From contig JBKQUS010000097.1 in the NCBI GenBank assembly GCA_052325505.1, forward strand, positions 14,066 through 78,065: DNA of 64,000 nt, written 5' to 3'. The notes below the pieces were generated by a model. It was given only the letters and a program-made list of their open reading frames with translations. It searched no databases and was not told the DNA's origin. Source of the stretch: Limisphaerales bacterium (lineage in GTDB: Bacteria > Verrucomicrobiota > Verrucomicrobiia > Limisphaerales > Palsa-1400). The first letter of the stretch is position 1, and the number at the start of each line of letters is the position of its first letter. This document shows positions 17,101-27,375 of the stretch, piece by piece. The translations under genes and the position numbers were made by a program.

Positions 17101-20100
17101 ATGTGGAGGCAAAGTCACCGTGCGCCGCAGCGAAATGATAGGATCCAGCACAGACCCGACGGTATTGGACAAAGGCGAAATACGCTGCATGGCAGCGGGG
17201 CTGGCCGGTGTGCCTCCCCGTCCAATGAACCGGGAACGATCAGTTTCGCAGGAAATTTCCCCCTGTTGCCCCCCCTGACCCACCATCAGGTGCAGCAACC
17301 ACGGCGGTTTTTCCTCCAAGGAACGAGCCCGGCGGGTGCAGAGAATGGCGGAGGATTTTGGGGCGAATTCTGTTTGCACGAAGAGATTGCTGAAGGACGG
17401 GTGCGCGGCGTCCGCCGCTGGCACCGCCAGCACCACTTCGGCGTAACTGGTTAATTCAATAATGCGCGACACGGCTGAACGATTGGTGATCGTGATGCGC
17501 CGCAACTCCACGTCATCTTCCGGCGACACGCTGATCTCGGTGTGGATTTCGAGGCCGGCATGGCGCTGCCGAAATTCCGCGCGCGCCTGCGTGAAAATGG
17601 CTTCATAACCCTTCGTCGCGCGCAAGGTGGGTTGATACGCGGTGGACCAAAAATCTCCCGTCGCCAGATCGCGCAGATAAACAAAAGTCCCCCAACAATC
17701 GCACGTGGAATCCTCGCGCCAGCGGGTGACCGCAAGATCACGCCAGCGACTGTAGCCGCCGCCGGCGCTGCTGATGACAACATGATAGCGACCATTGGAC
17801 AAAAGATGAACCTCGGGCGCCGGTGATGTCGGATTGGTAAAAATACGCATGACGGCTTCGCCGCTTCCGGCCAGCGGCCGCGATTCCTCCAACTTCAAAT
17901 CTTCGGAAAGCACGCTCGCGGCGGCCTTGGGCACACGCTCCTGCAACAGCAAGTCCGCCGCCTGAAGCAATGGACAGGCCATGAATCGACGTTGCATGGG
18001 GTAGTCCCGCAATAGATTGACGAGCGCCAGCAAGCTCATTCCCTGATGGTGCGTCATGAAGGATCGAATCGTGGCGCTTGTTTCGTCCGGTGGCAGACGC
18101 GTCGCCGTGTAATCCACTGCTTCGTAAAAACCGTAAGCGCCGGCGCGGCCTTCGAGCGCCAGCCGTTGCAAGTTTTCACAAGCTGCAACCGGCGCAACCA
18201 TCAACGCCATGACGGAGGCGTATGGGGCAATCACCAAGTCATCGGCCAATCCTCGCTTCAAACCCAGCCCCGGCACGCCGAAAGCGCGGTATTGGTAGTT
18301 GAGTTGAACGTCAGTCCGGTTGTAACCCGATTCGGAAATGCCCCAGGGCACGCCGCGCAGGTTTCCGTAATCGATTTGCTGTTGCACCGCTGCCCGGCAG
18401 GTGTGGTCGAGCAAAGTGTTCTCGTAGTTGGGCATGACCAGCAGCGGCATCAGATATTCAAACATCGAGCCGCTCCACGAAACGAGCACCGGCTCGCCCC
18501 GCGACGCGACGAGGAGACGGCTCATGGAGAACCATTGCGTCTGCGGAACCTGCCCCAAGGCGATGGCAACATAGCTGCATAACCGCGCCTCCGAGGCCAG
18601 CAGATCATAGAAGCTGGCATCGCACCGGCGCTCGGAGACGTTGAACCCGATGGAAAGCAAATTCCTCGCCGGATCGAAAAGAAAAGTAAAGTCCATCGCG
18701 GCCATTTTGTCGGTTTGCGCGGCCAGGCCTTCCAAGACGCGAAGGCGCTGCCGGGCATGGTCGCTGGCTGCACGCAAGCAGCGCGAGAGTTCAGTGGGGC
18801 CGGCGCTTTCTCCTTCAACCAAAGGACACAACGATTGCTCGAAATTCGCGACCTCTTGCAAGGTTTGCGCCTGGTCGAGCCGGGCCAGCTTCTCCTCAAG
18901 CTGACTGCCAGAGTTTGGAATTGGCAAAACCAGCCACGGTGCGAGGAACCGCAATTCCTCCAAATGCTCCTCGCAATTGCGCTCCAGAGTTTGGGCCCAT
19001 CCCTTGCGTTCTTCCTCTTCGTTCGCCAGGGCAGCGGAGATTTCCGCCGCCCGACCCGCCGCTGTTTCCAGCAAGGCAAACGCCTCGCGCAGACTGGATG
19101 GGGCCTTTTCCAATTCTTCGTCGAGCTTTGCCAGCAGGGTGTTGGCAGGGGCCAAATTCATGAGGACCCCCACGGTGTCGCGCAGACCGGCAAAAACCCG
19201 GGGCGTGAATATTTTTTCCCCGGCCTGTTCCCTCAAACCGGAGCCAAGCGTCAGCAAATGTCCCGCAAGGTTGCCACTGTCAACACTCGATATATAGAGC
19301 GGTAGGAGCGGCCGCAGCGTTCCCGTGTCATACCAATTGTAGAGGTGCCCGCGATACCACTCGAGCCGTTGCATCGTGGCGAAGGTGTCTTGCGTGCGTT
19401 GAATCAAACCGCCCGCCGAAAGATAGCCCAAATCCCGGGCGGCCAGATTGGCGAGCAGGGCCAGGCCGATATTCGTGGGCGAAGTCCGCGAGGCAACCGT
19501 CGGGACGGGCACTTCCTGAAAATTATCCGGAGGCAGCCAGTTCTCCCGCGCAGTGACAAAAGTCTCAAAAAAATGCCATGTCTTGCGGGCGGCGCATCTC
19601 AGAAAGTTCAATTGTTCCGCCGTCAAATCCGGAGTTGCGGATTCAATGGGCCGGCTGATCGACCAGGCGATCCACGGAGCGGCGAGCCAGAGACCAAGCA
19701 TCGGCAGGGCCAATGACAATTGGGCCGGCTGCGTGGTTGCCAGGAAAAATCCCGTCGCAAGTGCGACAACCGGCGCAATCCACATGGTGGAATAAAAGCC
19801 AGTGAGGCCGGTGCCGGTCGCCCGTTCGGAATCACTCGATGTTTTCCATTCGAGCAGTCGTTTGTGCGTCACCAGCACTCGCAGCAACGTCCTGCCAATT
19901 GCGTCCAGGCTGACGAAGGCGTCGTAGGGTAGAAATGCCAGGGTGAGAGCAATCTGGCCGAGCTGCCGGCCGTACGACCCGGCCACTCCCTGCAGATGCA
20001 TCACCCAGGGCAGGTCGGCTGGCTTGCGAAGCGCGTTGACCAGCGTTGCCAACGACCCGGGGAGCGCGATGATCGCAATGACCAGCAGCGATGCCAGCCC

Positions 20101-22635
20101 GGTCAGTCCGGGAACGAACAACCACGAGCCCAGCATGAGGGTCACCAGCGCAACTGGCACGAGACTGCGTCTCAAGTTGTCGAAAATCTTCCACTGAGAC
20201 AAATAGGAAAGAGGATTGGCAATGCGACGAGCGTCAGAACCCGGAACCCGCGGCAGGAGCCATTGCGTGATCTGCCAATCGCCACGAATCCAACGGTGAC
20301 GCCGGTCGATGTCCACATTATAGCGGGAAGGATATTCTTCGTAGAATTCCACGTCGCTGACCAAGGCGGAGCGGGCATGGCATGCTTCCAACAGGTCGTG
20401 GCTCAGCACGGTATTCTCCGGAAAGCGTCCGTTGAGTGCTTGCTGGAAAGCATCGACATCGTAAATTCCCTTGCCGATGAACGAGCCTTCCCGGAAAACA
20501 TCCTGATACACGTCGGACACTTCCCGGGTGTAAGGATCAATGCCCGCCTCGCCGGCGAATAACCGGACGAACCAGGATCGCCGCGCGCTCGGCAGACTGA
20601 CGCCGATGCGCGGTTGCAGAATGCTGTAGCCTTCGGCGACAATTCCGCGCACGGCATCGAATTCCGGCCGGTTCAACGGATGGGCCATCGTTCCGGCAAG
20701 CTGGCGGGCGGCATCGCGCGGAAGCAGGGTGTCGGTGTCGAGCGTGATGACATACCGGATGTCCGGCAGGATCGCGGTCTCCCCTGCAATCTCGGAAAAA
20801 CATTCGGGAGAACCGCCGCGGAGGAGGGCGTTAAACTCGGTGAGCTTTCCGCGCTTGCGTTCGTGGCCCATCCACAATCCTTCTCCGGCATTCCAACGGC
20901 GCGGCCGATGAAACAAGAAAAAGAGGGTGTGGTTCCCGGAAGGATATTTTTGGTTCAGCGTCTCGATTCCGGTCCGTGCCCGTTGCAGCAATACTTGGTC
21001 TCCAGGCAGAGTTTCCTCCGGTGCGTCTCGAAAATCCGTCAGCAGGGCGAAGTAAAGGTATTGATCCCGATTCGCCAGATGATGAATCTCCAGGGACTCG
21101 ATGAGGCGATCAACCCCTTCCAGGCTCGTGAGCATCGTAGGAACGACCACCATCGCGCGGCAATCTGAAGCGATGCCGGCAGAGAAATCCAGGCGTGGGA
21201 GCAGGTGGGGTTTCACCAGCAACGTGCAGAGCCAGTTCATCAGCGCCACGGCCAGTTGGCTGACGCAGAGGAGGAAAATGAAGGTGAAGAAAACGAGTTT
21301 CCATCCCGGCACTCCTTGCATTCGGGCCTGTTGTAAAAACCCGCATGTGGCCAGTAAAGTGAGCGCGCCAATTCCGCCCGCATAAAATGTCAGCGGAAAA
21401 CGGTGGATGCTTCGTTCGACGACCGTTCGCCAGGGCCACCTCACCTTCGCGATGCGCCCCAGCATGGACCGGCCCTTGTCGATCAGATAGAAGCCCACAT
21501 GGGCGGTCCGGTCTTTGCGCCCCTTTAGCACGGCGCTGTCTGCCGCCAGTTGTATGGCGCGCTGCGCGACATGCGCTTCTGAGAGCCGGCTGTGCCGGGC
21601 AAAAAACTCGATCGAATGGCGATAGCGATCGCGGGTCGCGAAATCCATCTTGCTGTAAACGGCGGCTGGGTCCTTCCGCAAAATCTCCTCGACCAGACTC
21701 AGGTGTTCCACAAACCCCTTCCAATCCATGGCGCTCAAAAAGCGAAGACTGGCAATGCTGTGGCTGACGGAAACCTGATCGGCGGCCTGATTTTGACTCT
21801 CCAGTTGGACGAGCTGCTCGATGGACAATCCGTGTTCCACCAGCCGCTGTTCGAGCCAACTGCGCGCCAGATGCAGCACCGGACTTTGGCGCGACAAACG
21901 CTGGCAAAACTCCGCCACGAACGAACTGGAGATGGGCACATCGGATTTCGCCATGTCCGCCACCACCACCACAAGGTGAGACGGATTCTTTTCCGCCATG
22001 TCTTGCAATCGATCCACCCACAAGTCCGCAAGATCGCGGTCCTCCCGGCCGATGTTGAGACGGCTGGTGACGCGTTGGAGATTTTCAATCAACCCCAGGC
22101 GCAACATAATTGGAATCGCCCACAACTCGCCCAGATTCAGGTGCCCCACTGTTTGATAGGCGGCGATAAAGGCGCGGAGCGGTTCCGGATCAATCTGTGC
22201 ATCCACATGCGAGATCAATTCGATCCCAATGTCGTAAACGCGTGGAAGCCCGGCGGAAGGGCTGTTCACCAGGCGGGGCAATTCCCGACTGTAGCCCCGG
22301 GGCAGATGCCGCCGGGCCAGTTGAATTTGCTCTTCGATGAGGTAGAAGTTGTCGAGCAGCCATTCGGCGGCGGGAGTGATGGTTCGACTGGGATTTACGG
22401 CAAGGGATGCGCGGTTGAAGCCTCTTAGTATGTCCTCGTTTTGACTCAATCTGGCCAACAGGCGGTTGGAACCCTTCCGAGTGACCACCTGATGATTGGC
22501 TGCGAGAGCTTTGGCGTGGCGCGCCAATTGCTCAACACTGAACAACTCGGCCCGCAATGGCGCCTCGCCGGCGCCCGGCCGCAAACGCGCATTCCCGGCC
22601 ATCCAGTTTTGAAATCGCAATGGCAGAGTATGCAT
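13939..22635 (-). CDS. ndvB: Cyclic beta-1,2-glucan synthase (NdvB/ChvB/Cgs type; N-terminal membrane glycosyltransferase region + C-terminal GH94 glycosyl-phosphorylase-like region)
   Basis: It is a single 2898-aa ORF, the characteristic size for this family. It has multiple TM segments around a GT domain (VITLDTDTLLPRDAARQL, QPRIGVSL, RWIRGDWQ). The C-terminal GH94-like region shows GGYSRWRDLAVTRWRED, GISGD.PIVL, DGHEYVI, GCGDWNDGMN and YTGSAGWMYR. Confidence 0.9.
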   Translation of the reverse strand: MHTLPLRFQNWMAGNARLRPGAGEAPLRAELFSVEQLARHAKALAANHQVVTRKGSNRLLARLSQNEDILRGFNRASLAVNPSRTITPAAEWLLDNFYLIEEQIQLARRHLPRGYSRELPRLVNSPSAGLPRVYDIGIELISHVDAQIDPEPLRAFIAAYQTVGHLNLGELWAIPIMLRLGLIENLQRVTSRLNIGREDRDLADLWVDRLQDMAEKNPSHLVVVVADMAKSDVPISSSFVAEFCQRLSRQSPVLHLARSWLEQRLVEHGLSIEQLVQLESQNQAADQVSVSHSIASLRFLSAMDWKGFVEHLSLVEEILRKDPAAVYSKMDFATRDRYRHSIEFFARHSRLSEAHVAQRAIQLAADSAVLKGRKDRTAHVGFYLIDKGRSMLGRIAKVRWPWRTVVERSIHRFPLTFYAGGIGALTLLATCGFLQQARMQGVPGWKLVFFTFIFLLCVSQLAVALMNWLCTLLVKPHLLPRLDFSAGIASDCRAMVVVPTMLTSLEGVDRLIESLEIHHLANRDQYLYFALLTDFRDAPEETLPGDQVLLQRARTGIETLNQKYPSGNHTLFFLFHRPRRWNAGEGLWMGHERKRGKLTEFNALLRGGSPECFSEIAGETAILPDIRYVITLDTDTLLPRDAARQLAGTMAHPLNRPEFDAVRGIVAEGYSILQPRIGVSLPSARRSWFVRLFAGEAGIDPYTREVSDVYQDVFREGSFIGKGIYDVDAFQQALNGRFPENTVLSHDLLEACHARSALVSDVEFYEEYPSRYNVDIDRRHRWIRGDWQITQWLLPRVPGSDARRIANPLSYLSQWKIFDNLRRSLVPVALVTLMLGSWLFVPGLTGLASLLVIAIIALPGSLATLVNALRKPADLPWVMHLQGVAGSYGRQLGQIALTLAFLPYDAFVSLDAIGRTLLRVLVTHKRLLEWKTSSDSERATGTGLTGFYSTMWIAPVVALATGFFLATTQPAQLSLALPMLGLWLAAPWIAWSISRPIESATPDLTAEQLNFLRCAARKTWHFFETFVTARENWLPPDNFQEVPVPTVASRTSPTNIGLALLANLAARDLGYLSAGGLIQRTQDTFATMQRLEWYRGHLYNWYDTGTLRPLLPLYISSVDSGNLAGHLLTLGSGLREQAGEKIFTPRVFAGLRDTVGVLMNLAPANTLLAKLDEELEKAPSSLREAFALLETAAGRAAEISAALANEEEERKGWAQTLERNCEEHLEELRFLAPWLVLPIPNSGSQLEEKLARLDQAQTLQEVANFEQSLCPLVEGESAGPTELSRCLRAASDHARQRLRVLEGLAAQTDKMAAMDFTFLFDPARNLLSIGFNVSERRCDASFYDLLASEARLCSYVAIALGQVPQTQWFSMSRLLVASRGEPVLVSWSGSMFEYLMPLLVMPNYENTLLDHTCRAAVQQQIDYGNLRGVPWGISESGYNRTDVQLNYQYRAFGVPGLGLKRGLADDLVIAPYASVMALMVAPVAACENLQRLALEGRAGAYGFYEAVDYTATRLPPDETSATIRSFMTHHQGMSLLALVNLLRDYPMQRRFMACPLLQAADLLLQERVPKAAASVLSEDLKLEESRPLAGSGEAVMRIFTNPTSPAPEVHLLSNGRYHVVISSAGGGYSRWRDLAVTRWREDSTCDCWGTFVYLRDLATGDFWSTAYQPTLRATKGYEAIFTQARAEFRQRHAGLEIHTEISVSPEDDVELRRITITNRSAVSRIIELTSYAEVVLAVPAADAAHPSFSNLFVQTEFAPKSSAILCTRRARSLEEKPPWLLHLMVGQGGQQGEISCETDRSRFIGRGGTPASPAAMQRISPLSNTVGSVLDPIISLRRTVTLPPHETAVIDLVLGVTENREAALAYVEKYQSARMADRIFDLAWTHSQVTLRQINATEAEAQLYGRLASALIYADPARRASPGLLRNNRRGQSGLWSYGISGDAPIVLVRISDTERIEIVRQLIQAHSYWRMKGLTVDLVIVNEDVSVYRQSLHDRITGLISSGIEAQMLDKPGGIFVRRLEQIPNDDRVLLQSAARIVLDDEKGTLSEQLEHRSVLDPWIPALTPTRSGSADRPEPLPQRELNFSNGFGGFTRDGHEYVITLQPGQMTPAPWANVLANPFFGTVISESGAAYTWVENSHEFRLTPWSDDPVQDTTGEAFYIRDDQTGQFWSPTPLPARGATPHVIRHGFGYTVFEHTENGIASELWVYVAMDAPVKFTVLKLRNLSGRPRSLSVTSYAEWVMGDLRHNNLLHVQTEVDLKTGALLARNYYNTEFPERIAFLDVNDSTRTLTGDRKEFIGRNGSLSRPAALKRARLSGKVGAGLDPCGAMQVTFDLADGQERETSFRLGVGRNPADVQKLIQRYRGVEASRVALEGVWTYWNRTLGAVNVDTPDPSVNVMANGWLLYQTLSCRLWGRTGFYQSGGAYGFRDQLQDVMALVHAEPALTREQLLRAAARQFREGDVQHWWHPPVGRGVRTHCSDDYLWLPYVTCRYVSCVADTGVLDEKVSFLEARPVKPEEESYYDLPNRSEESATLYQHCVRAIERGLKFGAHGLPLMGCGDWNDGMNLVGKDGRGESVWLAFFLHDVLTQFAGLARSRNDVHFADRCVTQAQQLQQNIEQHAWDGQWYRRAYFDNGEPLGSQTNPECQIDSIPQTWSVISGAGDPQRSAQAMNAVEQRLVRPEAELIQLFDPPFDKSSLNPGYIKGYIPGVRENGGQYTHAGVWTAMAFALIGENDRAWELFTLLNPVSHSATPKQIATYKVEPYVIAADIYAVAPHTGRGGWTWYTGSAGWMYRLLIETLLGVNLEGDQLRLTPRLPKSWTTYKIHYRYRQTVYHITITRLAADWAVSNQLLLDGNELVSETVPLVDDHGEHSVELKVSSPVSVPENQRVVPSPVE

Positions 22636-22903
22636 GTTGTTCTAGTTTCTGGTCCCGACTCCTGCATTTAGCCTGCCTGCAGGAATTAAACCTCCCTGGC
22701 GTCTGCCAGCTCGTCTGGCGGAATCGAGGCAGCCTGGACAGTACTTGGTTCCGGCGCGCCTGTCGATCAGGCCCATCAAAATTACGTCGCCCCTTGGGCG
22801 ATAATTACCGCCTTTATAATGCGCTTGATCCCGGGCAGATGATATGGGGTGTTTTCCCCATCTGCGATTGCTGCCCGGCGGATGAAAAGCCACCTGAATA
22901 ACT

Positions 22904-22926
22904 TGGAGGCGCGGGTCGGAATCGAA
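22904..22926 (-). other. tRNA 3'-end fragment (T-loop + T-stem 3' strand + acceptor 3' strand + U73 + CCA), tRNA-Cys-like; putative att repeat / island boundary
   Basis: The minus strand reads TTCGATT-CCGAC-CCGCGCC-T-CCA. From memory, this resembles the E. coli tRNA-Cys 3' end ...GGUUCGACUCCGGAACGCGCCUCCA. No matching T-stem 5' strand and no 5' acceptor strand (GGCGCGG) is present in the upstream 80 nt, so it is a fragment and not a gene. Confidence 0.55.
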
Positions 22927-23439
22927 CGAGAACAGGGAGTTTTTCCAAAACTCACTACTACATAATTACCACCCCACCACCAGAGGCGAACAGCCTCATA
23001 ACTAACGAACGCCAATAGAATCAGGCTTTTCTGCATGTTTGTCAAGCACCAGCGATTACGCACCCAATACCAATCAACTTCTCACCAATTACTCATTTAT
23101 CACCCATTCACTGGCACTTTCACTGGCACTTTTTTCGGCAGAAAAGAACTGCGAATTCAGGCTAAATGCCATCCGTCATCGGTATTTGTGTGCTACGTCG
23201 ATAGGCATCCGCCGATGAAGTATTCCGTTGTGTTCATCCCGTCTGCACCCGCGCCTCTGGTTGCTCCGCGCAACATCGCGCCGGCAGACGCAACATCTTT
23301 GCGCCCGCCGTCACTCAGTTGCTGATGCTCCGCCGCCCGGCGGCGCAGGCACAGCCGGGTGCGTTTTGTCAGGAGCGGTCCTGCTCTCTCGGGGCGGGTG
23401 AAGAGAGCAGTTCCGCTCCTTCAGAACAAAACGCAAAAC

Positions 23440-23985
23440 ATGAACACAAATGAAAACCTCATCTCCACTGGATGCCCCGCAACCGCTCCGCAACCCGTCA
23501 ACCAACTCGTCAAGCCGGTAAAATTCCCGGCTCAACCGCAGGAATGGAAAATCGTTTCATTGAGGGAATGTCCCACTCCCGACACCATGCAACATTGTGA
23601 AACGCCGGATCAGGCAGCCGCCTATTGGAAAACGCATATCGCAACTCATCCTTACTTCAATCCTGAATGTGAATGTTTGGTGGTATTCATCCTCAACACC
23701 CGCCGACGCATTAAAGGTCACTACTTGGTGTCCATTGGCACAATGGATACAATCCTTTGTCATCCGAGGGAAATTTTTAGATTGGCAATAATGGCAAGTG
23801 CTGCCGCAATCATTATCGCGCATTCTCACCCGAGCGGCGATCCAACTCCATCGGAAGCCGACATCAAAATCACCCGTGATCTCATTCGAGCCGGTCAACT
23901 TCTAAAAATCGAAGTTCTCGACCACATCGTAATCGGCAACCCCAACCACCTGAGCTTAAGGAGTCTTGGTTATTTTTACAGCTAA
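23440..23985 (+). CDS. radC: RadC-like JAB/MPN domain protein
   Basis: The JAMM motif is IIIAHSHPSGDPTPSEADIKITRDL, and the C-terminus is LLKIEVLDHIVIG. The ATG at 23440 (MNTNENL...) is preferred over the track start at 23359. Confidence 0.85.
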   Translation: MNTNENLISTGCPATAPQPVNQLVKPVKFPAQPQEWKIVSLRECPTPDTMQHCETPDQAAAYWKTHIATHPYFNPECECLVVFILNTRRRIKGHYLVSIGTMDTILCHPREIFRLAIMASAAAIIIAHSHPSGDPTPSEADIKITRDLIRAGQLLKIEVLDHIVIGNPNHLSLRSLGYFYS

Positions 23986-24093
23986 CTGATCTCGGTTTCC
24001 GAGAAATCGGAGGCCATTTTCATCCTCGCCACACAACGATCCTCAAATTATTTGAGAGATCATGTAACCGACAGCTTGCTTACTTTGAGTTCA

Positions 24094-27000
24094 TCATTTC
24101 TTTTTGCGATTGAACGCCATGAAATAAAGCAACGGCACCAGCACCGGCGCGGTGAACATGGAAATCAAACTCCCGGCCATCAGCGCAATCGCCAGCCCCT
24201 GAAAAATGGGGTCCGTCAGAATCACGGTTGCGCCCGCCACCACCGCCAGCGCCGTGAGCATGATGGGACGGAACCGGATCATGCCCGCCTCGACCACCGC
24301 CTCGGCCAGCGGATGACCCTCCGCCAGCCGCATTTCGATGAAGTCCACGAGAATGATGGAATTGCGAACGACAATGCCCGCGCCCGCCATGAAGCCGATC
24401 ATCGAAGTGGCCGTGAAAAAGGCGTGCAAGATACCATGCGCCGGCAAAACACCGATGAGCGAAAACGGAATCACCACCATCACGATCAGCGGAGTGAGAA
24501 ACGACTTGAACCAGCCGACCATCAAAATGTAAATCAGCACCAGCACGGCGGCGAACGCCATTCCCAAATCACGGAACACTTCGATGGTGATATGCCACTC
24601 GCCATCCCACTTCATCGAGGGCTGCTGGTCGGAGAACGGCAGCACGGCGTTGTAAATTTTCAGCTTGGAGCCGTCGCCGCCAAATTCACGCGTGTCGAGC
24701 TTCGCCAGCGCGTCATTCATTTTCAGAATCGCATATACCGGACTTTCCACCACGCCCGCCACATCGCCGATGACGTAAGTAACCGGCATGAGATTTTTGT
24801 GATAGATGCTTTTGTCAGTGATGGTCTGTTTCACCGTCACCAACTCGCGCAACGGCACGAGCGGTGCTGCGCTGCCAGCGGTCGTCGGTTCGGGCAAGGC
24901 GTTGGCGTCGCCGGAACGCACGCGCAACGCGAGCAATTCTTCCGGGTTGCTCCGGCTGGCGAGCGGCAGTTGTAGGACGATATTCACGTCCTCCTTTTCG
25001 CGCGGGACGTGCAGCAAATCCACCGACTCGCCACCCACGGCGATTTTGAGCGTCTGCGAAATTGTCTCCGCGCTGATGCCGTGTAGTGCCGCTTTTTCCT
25101 TATCAATCACGAATTCGACTTTCGGTTGGTCGGCTTCGATATACCAGTCCGTGTCCACGACGCCGGGCGTATGGTGAAAAATATCAATCACCTTTTGCGC
25201 CAGCTTCAAACGGTTTTCTTCGGTCGGGCCATAAATTTCCGCGACCAAAGTTTGCAACACCGGCGGGCCGGGCGGCACTTCGGCCACGGCCACGCGCGCG
25301 CCGAATCTTGCAGCGATCTCCGCCACGCGTGGACGCACCCGCTTGGCGATGTCGTGGCTCTGCGTTTTGCGCTCGCCTTTCGGCACAAGATTGATTTGCA
25401 AATCAGCGACGTTCGCGCCACGGCGCATGAAGTAATGGCGCACGAGGCCGTTGAAATTGAACGGCGACGCGACGCCGGCATAAATCTCGTAATCCGTCAC
25501 CTCCGGTTCGGTGCGGACGGCGGCGGCGATTTCGCGCGCGGCCTGCGCGGTGCGTTCGAGCGAGCTGCCTTCCGGCATGTTCAGGATGATTTGAAATTCG
25601 CTTTTGTTGTCGAACGGCAGCATTTTCACCTTCACCCAGCCGACATAAACCAGCGACATGGAGACGAGCAACAGCACGACGAGCGCGGCGAGAAATTGAT
25701 AACGTCGTTTCGCGCTGGCAATCAGCGGCGTCATCAGCCCGCGATACATCCGGCCAAAGAAACTTTCGCTGGCCGCTTCATGATCCGGCGCATGACTGTC
25801 AACCAAATGAATTTTCTTTCGCCATTGCAAAATGCGGATGGCCGCCCACGGTGTGACGATGAAGGAAATTGCCAGCGAGAAAAACATCGCCGCGCTTGCG
25901 CCAATCGGAATTGGGCGCATATAGGGTCCCATCAGCCCGCCGACGAACGCCATTGGCAACACGGCGGCGATCACCGCGAACGTGGCGAGAATAGTCGGGT
26001 TGCCGACTTCGCCCACCGCTTCGATGGCGACAATGGTGCGGCTGCGTCCCTTGCTTTCCGGCAGATGGAAATGGCGGACGATGTTTTCGACGACGACAAT
26101 GGCGTCATCCACCAAAATGCCGATGGAGAAAATCAGCGCGAACAGCGTGATGCGATTCAAGGTGAAGCCGTAGAGATAAAAAATGAGCAACGTCAGCGCG
26201 AGCGTCGCGGGAATCGCCAGCAGCACGATGATGGATTCGCGCCAGCCCAGCACGATTAAAATGAGGAACGACACACTAACTACCGCGAGCAGCATGTGCC
26301 AGAGCAGTTCGTTGGATTTGTCCTCCGCTGTCACGCCGTAGTTGCGTGTGACGCTGACCTGGACATCCGCCGGGATGATATAACCCTTGAGCGTTTCCAC
26401 TTTCTTCAAAACCTGCCGGGCAACAGAAATCGCATTCGCACCCGGCCGCTTGGCGATGGAGATCGTCACGGCAGGTTCATCGGCAGAAACTTTATTCGCC
26501 GCGCCCGAGCCGAAGAACACATATTGGCTTGGTTCTTCCGCGCCATCCACGATGTCAGCCACGTCGTGCAGATAAACCGGCTTGCCGGAATACGCGCCCA
26601 CCACCACGTTGCCCACGTCATCGGCGGTTTGCAAAAACGCGCCGGTTTCCACGACCACTTCATGATTGTCGCTGGTGAGGTTGCCGGCGGAATACTGCTT
26701 GTTCGCCTGTTGCAACATTGGCACGAGACCGGCGGGTGACAAATTGCGCGACGCGAGTTTTACCGGATCGAGCTGCACGCGCACCTGCCGTTGCGCCCCA
26801 CCGATGATGGTTGTTTCAGCCACCAACGGCACTTGCTTGATCGCATCATCCACTTGCGCAGCCAGACGCCGCAACGTGAGGTGATCGTAGTGCGGACTGT
26901 GAATCGTCAGCGCCAGAATCGGCACGTCATCAATCGTCCGCGCCTTAATTAACGGCGTCGAGACGCCATGCGGGATTTTATCGAAGTTGGATTGTAATTT

Positions 27001-27375
27001 CTGATTCAGCTTCACGAGGCTGCTGTCCATGTCCTCGCCCACCTTGAAGCGCACGATGACGAGCGACTGGCCTTCACTGGAAGTCGAATAGATGTATTCC
27101 ACGCCGGGAATTTCCCAAAGCAGCTTTTCCATCGGACGCGTGGCACGTTCCTCGACTTCCTTCGCGCCGGAGCCGGGCATGGAGACCATTACGTCCACCA
27201 TCGGCACCTTGATTTGCGGCTCTTCCTCGCGCGGCAGCATCACCACGGCGAACACTCCCAACAGCAGCGATGCGATGACGATGAGCAGCGTCAGCTTGGA
27301 ATCAATGAATGACTGCGCAATGCGCCCAGCAATGCCAAAATGCACGTCCGATGAATTGTCTTGGCTGGCTTTCAC
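24094..27375 (-). CDS. RND efflux transporter permease subunit (AcrB/HAE-like TM4 motif)
   Basis: It is 1093 aa with 12-TM RND architecture. The TM4 motif is [20 protein letters not shown] (AcrB-like, not the CzcA-type DFGIIVDGAVV). Its start overlaps the adaptor stop by 4 nt. Confidence 0.9.
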   Translation of the reverse strand: MKASQDNSSDVHFGIAGRIAQSFIDSKLTLLIVIASLLLGVFAVVMLPREEEPQIKVPMVDVMVSMPGSGAKEVEERATRPMEKLLWEIPGVEYIYSTSSEGQSLVIVRFKVGEDMDSSLVKLNQKLQSNFDKIPHGVSTPLIKARTIDDVPILALTIHSPHYDHLTLRRLAAQVDDAIKQVPLVAETTIIGGAQRQVRVQLDPVKLASRNLSPAGLVPMLQQANKQYSAGNLTSDNHEVVVETGAFLQTADDVGNVVVGAYSGKPVYLHDVADIVDGAEEPSQYVFFGSGAANKVSADEPAVTISIAKRPGANAISVARQVLKKVETLKGYIIPADVQVSVTRNYGVTAEDKSNELLWHMLLAVVSVSFLILIVLGWRESIIVLLAIPATLALTLLIFYLYGFTLNRITLFALIFSIGILVDDAIVVVENIVRHFHLPESKGRSRTIVAIEAVGEVGNPTILATFAVIAAVLPMAFVGGLMGPYMRPIPIGASAAMFFSLAISFIVTPWAAIRILQWRKKIHLVDSHAPDHEAASESFFGRMYRGLMTPLIASAKRRYQFLAALVVLLLVSMSLVYVGWVKVKMLPFDNKSEFQIILNMPEGSSLERTAQAAREIAAAVRTEPEVTDYEIYAGVASPFNFNGLVRHYFMRRGANVADLQINLVPKGERKTQSHDIAKRVRPRVAEIAARFGARVAVAEVPPGPPVLQTLVAEIYGPTEENRLKLAQKVIDIFHHTPGVVDTDWYIEADQPKVEFVIDKEKAALHGISAETISQTLKIAVGGESVDLLHVPREKEDVNIVLQLPLASRSNPEELLALRVRSGDANALPEPTTAGSAAPLVPLRELVTVKQTITDKSIYHKNLMPVTYVIGDVAGVVESPVYAILKMNDALAKLDTREFGGDGSKLKIYNAVLPFSDQQPSMKWDGEWHITIEVFRDLGMAFAAVLVLIYILMVGWFKSFLTPLIVMVVIPFSLIGVLPAHGILHAFFTATSMIGFMAGAGIVVRNSIILVDFIEMRLAEGHPLAEAVVEAGMIRFRPIMLTALAVVAGATVILTDPIFQGLAIALMAGSLISMFTAPVLVPLLYFMAFNRKKK

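Noticed and set aside
22904-22990. Complete tRNA gene on the minus strand
   Set aside because: Only the last 23 nt look like a tRNA. The would-be T-stem 5' strand (TCTCG) does not pair with CCGAC. No GGCGCGG acceptor 5' strand, D-arm or anticodon arm can be folded from the upstream 70-80 nt.
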